A stretch of DNA of 64,000 nucleotides, from positions 992,872-1,056,871 of the forward strand of contig OY969784.1 of NCBI GenBank assembly GCA_963703055.1, given 5' to 3'. Positions 20,553 through 31,790 of the stretch are shown here, piece by piece. This DNA is from an uncultured Alphaproteobacteria bacterium (GTDB lineage Bacteria > Pseudomonadota > Alphaproteobacteria > Sphingomonadales > Sphingomonadaceae). Made by a program: the position numbers and the translations under genes. Position 1 is the first letter of the stretch, and the number at the start of each line of letters is the position of its first letter. The notes beneath the pieces are model-generated. The model did not search any database. It was not told the origin of the DNA and saw only the letters and a program-made list of their open reading frames with translations.

Positions 20553-21665
20553 TCATTCGGCGAGTGGCAATTGTGGCGAGAAGTCTTGATGGCCTTCCGC
20601 CTCGAGCAGCAATTTCTTGCGCTCGATCCCTCCCCCATATCCGCCCAACGATCCATCGCTCCGGATCACGCGATGGCATGGAATGAGGACGCAGATATGG
20701 TTGTCGCCGTTCGCACTTCCGACTGCTCGCACGGCCTTGGGTTTTCCTATTGCAGCTGCGATGTCGGCATAGCTTCGGGTTTCGCCAGCAGGAATTTTCC
20801 TAAGTTCGCGCCAGACCGACTCCTGAAAGGCCGTTCCCGCGACGTCGATCGGAAGATCGTTCGGTGAGAGCGGGTGATTGATTGCTTCGAGCGCCCGTTC
20901 GACGATTTCGTGAAGACCTCCCTCATCCTCGATGATGGTCGCCCTTGGAAATAGTCTTTGAAGTGAGACTGGATGATCCTCGAACACGAGCCTGCAAATC
21001 CCTTTCGAAGTCACGGCGATCAGCATTGGCCCAAAAGGACTCTCAAAAGTGGTCCAGCGAATTGTCTCTCCGCGACCGCCGTCGCGCCATGCCGATGGAG
21101 TCATTCCAAGCCTTTCCTTTGCATCGCTGTAAAAGACGCTGGGGCTGATGTAGCCGGCGTCATAGATCGCGTCCGTCACCCGTTGGTTGGCTTTCAGCGC
21201 CTGTTCGCTTCGGCGATTGCGAATGGACCGCGCATAGTCCGCCGGGGAAACACCAAGGTCGCGTTTGAACAGCCGCTGGAAATGATGGGGAGCGTATCCA
21301 ACCAGCGCTGAAAGCTCGGCGAGCGTCGGCGGGCTCTCGGTCTGTTCGATAAGCGTTGCAGCTCTAAAAATCGCGTGGCGATCGCGTGCAACCAAGTCCG
21401 GTTTGCAGCGGAGGCATGGCCGGAAGCCGGCGTTTTTTGCCTCTTCTGGCGTCGAATAAAATACCACATTCTCGCGCTTGGGTCTTCGCGCAGGACAGCT
21501 CGGCTTGCAGTAGACGCCGGTTGTTTTGACTGCTGCAATGATCCGTCCGTCCCAGCTCCGGTCGCGACTTTCAAATGCCGTCCAGGCCGCATCGGCTTGA
21601 GGTCGTTTTTCTATCGCCACGGCGTTTGATCTAGAAGAGCCCGGGTTGAGCGCAAGTTTTCCCAT
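20553..21665 (-). CDS. ada: bifunctional Ada: AraC-type regulator / O6-methylguanine-DNA methyltransferase
   Basis: N-Ada zinc cluster (YCKPSCPARRP...CLRCKP), AraC HTH, C-terminal PCHRVI active site. Confidence 0.85.
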   Translation of the reverse strand: MGKLALNPGSSRSNAVAIEKRPQADAAWTAFESRDRSWDGRIIAAVKTTGVYCKPSCPARRPKRENVVFYSTPEEAKNAGFRPCLRCKPDLVARDRHAIFRAATLIEQTESPPTLAELSALVGYAPHHFQRLFKRDLGVSPADYARSIRNRRSEQALKANQRVTDAIYDAGYISPSVFYSDAKERLGMTPSAWRDGGRGETIRWTTFESPFGPMLIAVTSKGICRLVFEDHPVSLQRLFPRATIIEDEGGLHEIVERALEAINHPLSPNDLPIDVAGTAFQESVWRELRKIPAGETRSYADIAAAIGKPKAVRAVGSANGDNHICVLIPCHRVIRSDGSLGGYGGGIERKKLLLEAEGHQDFSPQLPLAE

Positions 21666-21764
21666 CACTTCAATCCTTGTGTCGCAAATGAGGATTGGCG
21701 TTTTACGCCGAGCGAACAATTCACGCTTCCTCGGACTTGCGTTCAAACTAACGTTCAGATTTCG

Positions 21765-22226
21765 ATGACCATTAGCTTTCAGGCCGGCGATCTCGACAGC
21801 CCTGACGTCCAGGCGCTCGTTTCCTTTCATTTCGAGGAAATGCGATCGGTATCGCCCGCCGACGCCTGTCACGTGCTTGAGTTAAAAGCCTTGCGCGAGC
21901 CCTCGCTTCTGTTCTTTTCGATGCGTGACAACGGGTCTCTCGTGGCTGTGGGAGCGCTAAAGCCGCTTGCCCCACATCATGCGGAAATCAAATCGATGCG
22001 GGCGGCTCCTTCATCTCTTCGCCGCGGAAATGGTCGGGCGATGCTTCGTCATCTTATCGCCGAAGCTAAGAAACGAGGATTTCGGCGCGTCAGTCTCGAA
22101 ACCGGCGCCAGCGCCCACTTTGCTGCGGCACTCACGCTCTACGAGAGTGAAGGATTTCATCAAACCGGTCCGTTCGCGCAATACAAAGGCACGCCGTTCA
22201 CACGCTTTTTCACCCGAGAAATTTAG
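21765..22226 (+). CDS. GNAT-family N-acetyltransferase
   Basis: RRGNGRAML (R/Q-x-x-G-x-G/A) acetyl-CoA motif. 153 aa. Confidence 0.8.
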   Translation: MTISFQAGDLDSPDVQALVSFHFEEMRSVSPADACHVLELKALREPSLLFFSMRDNGSLVAVGALKPLAPHHAEIKSMRAAPSSLRRGNGRAMLRHLIAEAKKRGFRRVSLETGASAHFAAALTLYESEGFHQTGPFAQYKGTPFTRFFTREI

Positions 22227-22353
22227 CCGCCTTGCATCCCCGCCAACCCCTTGCTAGTGCCCGCGCCAACCGGTCGGGGGCGTGCGGGTTCACCTGCTTC
22301 ACGCCCCGTTTTTCGCACCGGGGCAACATTTCCGTTTCTGGAGCTTTTCGCGC

Positions 22354-26909
<4,556 letters not shown>

Positions 26910-26912
26910 GCC

Positions 26913-27098
26913 ATGGCCGAGACGCTTCGCCTCCAGGATAGCGTCAATACGCATTGTCCGTGGTCGGGCAAGCTGGTCAGCGCCGATGCGTTGACACGGT
27001 ACAAAGGTCGCGTCGTCGGTTTTTGCACTGAGGGCTGCCGGGACAAGTTCGAAGCAGCCGTCGGAGCGTTCGACGAAAAGATAGAAGGAAAGAGCTGA
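26913..27098 (+). CDS. small YHS/TRASH-like Cys/His protein embedded in the atp operon (61 aa)
   Basis: ATG lies 3 nt after the atpD stop, and its stop overlaps the atpC ATG (TGATG). The H-C-x22-C-x3-C layout with [11 protein letters not shown] resembles the YHS/TRASH YFCSxxCxxKF. Confidence 0.6.
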   Translation: MAETLRLQDSVNTHCPWSGKLVSADALTRYKGRVVGFCTEGCRDKFEAAVGAFDEKIEGKS

Positions 27099-27355
27099 TG
27101 GCCGATCTCCACTTCGAACTCGTGACGCCCGAGAAAATGGTCACTTCTGGTGATGTCTACATGGTCGTGATCCCGGGAACAGAAGGCGAATCCGGGATTA
27201 TGGCCGGTCATGCGCCCTACATGACGACGCTCAAGACCGGCGAAATCGCCATCTATCGGAGTCAAGGAGCGCAACCTGAGCGAATTCCGGTTGCCGGAGG
27301 TTTCGCTGAGGTCGGTGATCGCGGACTGACGGTGCTTGCCGAAACTGCAGGCTGA
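27098..27355 (+). CDS. atpC: F1 ATP synthase epsilon subunit, N-terminal beta-sandwich only (85 aa)
   Basis: [12 protein letters not shown]...[18 protein letters not shown]...L..GEI matches the epsilon N-terminal domain. It stops after LAETAG with no C-terminal helices. Confidence 0.85.
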   Translation: MADLHFELVTPEKMVTSGDVYMVVIPGTEGESGIMAGHAPYMTTLKTGEIAIYRSQGAQPERIPVAGGFAEVGDRGLTVLAETAG

Positions 27356-27379
27356 TCCGACCGGCACGAGCTTTTAGGG

Positions 27380-27394
27380 TTAAGAGGCTTTTAA
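27380..27394. promoter_or_regulatory. CtrA-box-like motif TTAA-N7-TTAA
   Basis: TTAAGAGGCTTTTAA lies in the 115-bp gap between atpC and the first membrane-protein gene. Confidence 0.3.
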
Positions 27395-27470
27395 GCGCTT
27401 TTGGTAGCATGCGCGCCCGAGAGGAACGGCGGCTGATGCACTATTTCTTCGAGGATTTGTTTGGCCGGGG

Positions 27471-29412
27471 TTGCAGCGGCGACCCCGTTCTTGCGTGCTT
27501 CTTTTGCTGCTTCCCGGGTTCGGCATTGCGCAGCTCTCGATCCGCCGGGCCTGGATCCTCGAAGTGGTGCCAATCGAACTTGCTGGGGGCTCGTTCTCGC
27601 GTCCGACATTGTTGCCGGCACTCGACGCGTTTGCTGCGTTCGCTGGCTCGGTTTCGGGCGTGCCTCTTCTCCATGCACTTTGCTCGCGGCTCTGGGATTC
27701 GAACCGGCAGTTTCGGCGCTCCGGCGTGTTCCAGTCGCAATGGTGGTGGGCAGTCGCTGGATGTTTTGCCGCAGCGGCATGGGCAAATGTGGATTTCGAT
27801 TGGAATGGCCATCTTTTCCAATCCGGAATATGCATCGACAGCGTTAAACATGCTGCTGTCATCGGGGCTCTCGCGACAAAGGGCATGCCGCTCCATGATC
27901 CTTTTTTCGCGAGACCCGGAATCGCGTGGCTATTATTATTATTTCTACATCGGCCCCGGCGCTCATTCATTGGCTTGTGGCTCCCTTGATCGACAGTCGC
28001 GCGCGCATTTGCCGGCGCGACTTTCACAACCTGCTCGCATTTCCCGGCGACTGCTGATATCTTGTTGCAGAGAATGCGGCACTGATTCCCGGAGGAAACG
28101 CTGTCCCGCTTTATCAAGCCTGATTTGCCTTCTCTGCTGCCTATCGGGGTTCGATTTGCTGCCTGGGCTGTGGATCTGGGCAACGACCGGGACCTCCTTG
28201 CTCAGCTCGACTGGTGGAGCGAGGAAGTTCGTTGGGCTTTACCTCAATCCTTTGGGTACCGCACCACATAACGCGGTGATGGCGGTTTACGTCGGTGCCA
28301 TTCTGGTCAGTCGAGGCGAACGGTCCAACCTGGTGCCCCGTGCGGCATTCGCAAGTTTTGCATTCGCGACGGCTTTTGGTTGTTCGGTTTGGATCGCGGT
28401 TGCGGCCGCTCCGATCCTGACCATTTGGTGGATTAGCGAGAGCGCAAATTGGTTGGCAACGAAGGGGATGTGGGCGCTTCCGCTCGGCGGCGCTGGAGCA
28501 CTTCTTTGGGCCGTTCCGCAAATTTTCGACATCAAGTTCGGTCGGGCAGTCGAAGGATTTCCATTAGCATTGTACATGCGCCCGGTCGGTCCGGTTCGAG
28601 TGCTTCCCCATTCCGTCGGCGAATGGATCGTGCATCTAGCAGTACTTCCCGGCGGATATCTCGTCGAATTCGGCATATTTGCAATCGGCTCGGTTGCATT
28701 CCTGATGAGGGGCAGGTTCAGTGAAACCCGGTCCACACCGCTTGGGCGATTGTTACTTTTGTCAGTTCCGATCGCGCTTGTGCTCGTGACGTTCGTTCGC
28801 TCCGCAATCCTTTTCAATGATTTCGGGTGGCGCGCAATGTGGCTCGCCCAAGTTCCCGCAATTGTGTGGACCGGTTCCGTCATCAGCACGAGACGCGAAG
28901 TTCTGCGATCACCGATCTGGAGGTTTGCAGCAGCGCTTGGGCTCGTCGCTTGCGTCTGGGATGTGGCGGGCTTGAGACTTATGCGACCGAAACCTTTCCT
29001 TCCGTTCATTAATGAGGATCCGAAGGCTGACTTTGACATCCGCGGCGCATATCGCTGGGCCGATCACAACATTCCGGCAACTGTCATCATTCAACACAAT
29101 CCGACCGCAGGTCGAGCGCTGGACTTCGGGCTATACAGCGATCGCCAGGTCGCCTTGGCCGACAGCGAAGCGAGACTGTTCGGTGCGCCAGAAGCAAAGA
29201 TCGAGAGTCGGCTGAATTTGCTCATGCCGATCTTTGAACGCCCGATGCTGCAATCCGAGATTCGCGAACGTGCACGGCGGGTCGGCGTCGGAGGCCTTTT
29301 GTTGACAAGCAACGACCCTCTCTGGCGCGCTAGCGGAGGCCCTCCGTCTGGGTGGACATGCGATTATCGAGCTTCAGAAACCTGCATCATGCTTCTGGGG
29401 AAGCTTCAATGA
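27471..29412 (+). pseudogene. large polytopic membrane protein (GT-C-like), reading frame disrupted in the first third
   Basis: 27471-~27950 and 28086-28268 read as a natural-looking membrane protein in frame 3 (..WWWAVAGCFAAAAWANVDFDWNGHLF..KHAAVIGALATKGMPLHDPFF..). The confident C-terminal 380 aa is in frame 1. The span is 3n+1. The uninterrupted frame-1 ORF (27409..) is Cys/Arg/Ser-rich upstream of ~28270. Confidence 0.5.
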
Positions 29413-30008
29413 TCCACTACGTGCGCCAGGTCTTCCTTCTTTTAGGAATGATGCTTTTTGGATTCGCGGCCTATGTTGTGCTGTTCTGGATCGCTGGAAC
29501 ATCGCTGAATTCGGTCCTTTTCTATCGCGGACTTTATCTCGCACTCATCGCCGGTGTGATCACCGCCGTTGTGGCCTTCGTCATCGGAAAACGGATCGGC
29601 GACCCCTCTTTCCCTGTTGCAGCGACTGCAATCTCGCTGAGTTTCAACATCTGCTTCCTGGTCCTGCTCCCCGTGACAGTGGACCGATCCGTAAGCGTTT
29701 ACCTGCTTGCGAACATCGCATCCGAGCGCGGTACGGGAATTCTCCCGGCAGACCTGGAACGTCAATTCATCGACGGCTACGTTGTGAAGATGGGGGCAAT
29801 CAATCGTCGGATTGACGAGCAGAAAACTTCGGGAAACATCGAGATGGGTGTGGACGGAAAGGTGCACCTGACGGCGCAAGGACGCCATTTCATGGCGTTA
29901 AGTCATCTCATATCTCGAATTTTTCATACGGATCCAAGGTTCGTCGACGCTTCCGATGATAAGGTCGACCAGCACGTGCGGATCATCGCAGGGCAAAACG
30001 AAAAATGA
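29409..30008 (+). CDS. small membrane protein: 3 predicted TM segments plus a winged-helix-like C-terminal domain
   Basis: ATGA overlap with the upstream gene, GGGGAAG SD. Hydrophobic N-terminal half. The C-terminus (VSVYLLANIA..ILPADLERQF..MGAINRRIDEQKTSGNIEMGVDGKVHLTAQG) looks wHTH-like. Confidence 0.6.
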   Translation: MIHYVRQVFLLLGMMLFGFAAYVVLFWIAGTSLNSVLFYRGLYLALIAGVITAVVAFVIGKRIGDPSFPVAATAISLSFNICFLVLLPVTVDRSVSVYLLANIASERGTGILPADLERQFIDGYVVKMGAINRRIDEQKTSGNIEMGVDGKVHLTAQGRHFMALSHLISRIFHTDPRFVDASDDKVDQHVRIIAGQNEK

Positions 30009-30193
30009 ATTCGGCCCCGCGCATTGAATTGATCCCTGTGGCAGTCGTGGCCAGGCTAAGGACGGCATTCTCGTTCACTGGAAGGAATTCATCAAGAGGC
30101 AACGCCGCGACCGTTTCCGATGCGTCTGGTCCGTTGGCTGGCGAATATCGCACGCGGACGAGCCTGCAATGGCTTTCAGACGATCAGGGAATC

Positions 30194-31687
30194 ATGAAGA
30201 GGCCCGAGCTTTTCGCGATTGTGCTCGTCATTTTCGCTGCAGCGCTTCGGGTCCAAGGCACAGTCGACGCTGATGTAAGCTGGCAATTGTGGATTGCCGA
30301 GCGCTTGCATCATGGTGCTCGGCTGTATCGGGACATTATCGAAGTTAATCCTCCGTTATGGTTCTGGCTCGCCGTCCCCGTTGAGCGCATTGCCGACCTC
30401 ACTGGCATTCGTTCCGACGCCGTGATGATCGCAGCGGTCGCGTCCGCAGTAATGATTTCTTTGATCGGAACTTCGTCATTAACTGGCGGAATTGCCCAAC
30501 GAAGGCGATCAGTTTTTCTTTTGTATGCCGCCGCGATGTTGTTCGTCATGCCGTGGATGCATATTGGTCAGCGAGAACAACTCGTTCTGATCGGCGCCCT
30601 GCCCTATTCGGCGCTTATCGCGGGACGCCGAAGCGGCAACAGCATTGATCCCCGACTCGCGCTGGCAATCGGAGCCGGTGCGGCGATCGGCTTCCTCCTG
30701 AAACATTATTTCGTCATCGTTCCCGCTCTTTTCGAACTGTGGTTAGTTTCCACGAACCGCAAATCGTGGCGCATCCTTCGCCCAGAGATTATCGCCGCCG
30801 TAGCGATCGGAGTTAGCTATTGCGCAGCGATTTTCATTTGCACTCCAGACTATTTCACGACCGTCCTACCGTTGATCCGCGAGGCGTACGGCGCGACTGG
30901 GGCTCCGCACTTCATCGAGGTTTTCCAACCGCCGATCTGGATTGCGTTCCTCATCATCCTGTTCATTGCGGTTCAAGTCCGGCGAAGGGTCGTGCAATTT
31001 TCGGCACTAACGACAGCTCTGCTCATCGCCTCTCTTGGCTTTGGCGCGGCATATTTCATCCAGCACAAGGGGTGGCTGTACCATTCAATTCCCTTTGTCG
31101 GTTGCGCCGCTCTTGCGCTTGCAAGTTTGCTCGCCGAGCGACCGCTGTGCCTTCCGTCTTTGCGGATTCTCGGGCCAGTGCTCCTGTCTCTGCCACTTGT
31201 CGTTACGCTTCAGGAATCGCGTTCAAACCCTCTTCCAGGTGCGGAGTTGACTCACTCGGTCTCTGACCTATCCGCCGGTGATGGCGTTGGCTTTATCGCG
31301 ACTGAACCCGCGCTGGCATGGTCAGTGACACTTCAGCACCACCTCCGATATGCGTCTCGCTACTACGGCTTTTGGATGCTTCGAGCGATACTTCAAGGCG
31401 AGCGCAATCCGGTTCCGGATCCAAAGCTCGAGAAGCTTCGAGTGGACGTGATCCATCAAACCGTCGTTGACTTTCGCTGTATTGCGCCGCGGCGGATCAT
31501 CGTGGCGCGACCGCCTCAAAATTCGACGGATTCTACGGAATTCGATATTCTACCATTCTTCCTGAATGACCCCGAATTTGCGGCGATGTTCGCGCATTAT
31601 CGGCCTATTAAGCGGGGCGAGACCCTCGAGACCTACAACCTTGTCATCCCGCTTGGTCGACCGCGCGGATGCCGCAGCGGGGTTTAG
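30194..31687 (+). CDS. GT-C-fold-like polytopic membrane protein (ArnT/PMT-like)
   Basis: MKRPELFAIVLVIFAAALRV..VDADVSWQLWIAERLHHGARLYRDIIEVNPPLWFWL resembles the first-loop motif of ArnT/PMT-type GT-C enzymes. About 10 or more TM segments. AGGGA SD before ATG 30194. An alternative coupled start lies at 30005 (ATGA). Confidence 0.65.
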   Translation: MKRPELFAIVLVIFAAALRVQGTVDADVSWQLWIAERLHHGARLYRDIIEVNPPLWFWLAVPVERIADLTGIRSDAVMIAAVASAVMISLIGTSSLTGGIAQRRRSVFLLYAAAMLFVMPWMHIGQREQLVLIGALPYSALIAGRRSGNSIDPRLALAIGAGAAIGFLLKHYFVIVPALFELWLVSTNRKSWRILRPEIIAAVAIGVSYCAAIFICTPDYFTTVLPLIREAYGATGAPHFIEVFQPPIWIAFLIILFIAVQVRRRVVQFSALTTALLIASLGFGAAYFIQHKGWLYHSIPFVGCAALALASLLAERPLCLPSLRILGPVLLSLPLVVTLQESRSNPLPGAELTHSVSDLSAGDGVGFIATEPALAWSVTLQHHLRYASRYYGFWMLRAILQGERNPVPDPKLEKLRVDVIHQTVVDFRCIAPRRIIVARPPQNSTDSTEFDILPFFLNDPEFAAMFAHYRPIKRGETLETYNLVIPLGRPRGCRSGV

Positions 31688-31726
31688 TTCGTCTCAACTC
31701 ACGAAAGTCTGCCACGCTGCTCAAGG

Positions 31727-31745
31727 TTAGGCATTCCTTAGGCAT
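31727..31745 (+). promoter_or_regulatory. direct repeat TTAGGCAT-tcc-TTAGGCAT (11-bp period)
   Basis: Perfect 8-bp direct repeat about 45 bp upstream of the cpaF-like ATG. The spacing is one helical turn, like response-regulator or CtrA half-site arrangements. Confidence 0.3.
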
Positions 31746-31790
31746 CTTGGGCTACTTGCGAGAAAACCATTGTTCTGGCGGAAAAGCAGC

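Noticed and set aside
27931-27942. (TAT)4 microsatellite as a repeat element or CRISPR-like feature.
   Set aside because: It is only four trinucleotide units inside a coding region. It is relevant only as a possible indel or phase-variation site and is already noted under the GT-C gene.
27987-28085. In-frame TGA codons (27987, 28083) read as Trp or selenocysteine.
   Set aside because: TGA is used as an ordinary stop by many genes in this window, including atpD, the atp-embedded small ORF, tgt and ispA. No SECIS-like hairpin follows either codon.
27409-29412. Taking the uninterrupted 667-aa ORF at face value as one intact gene.
   Set aside because: Upstream of ~28270 its translation is extremely Cys/Arg/Ser-rich (for example RSRVRHCCRHSTRLLRSLARFRACLF, ISCCRECGTDSRRKRCP), which is typical of an off-frame read. 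Frame 3 gives plausible membrane-protein sequence there. It remains an alternative until orthologue alignment is done.
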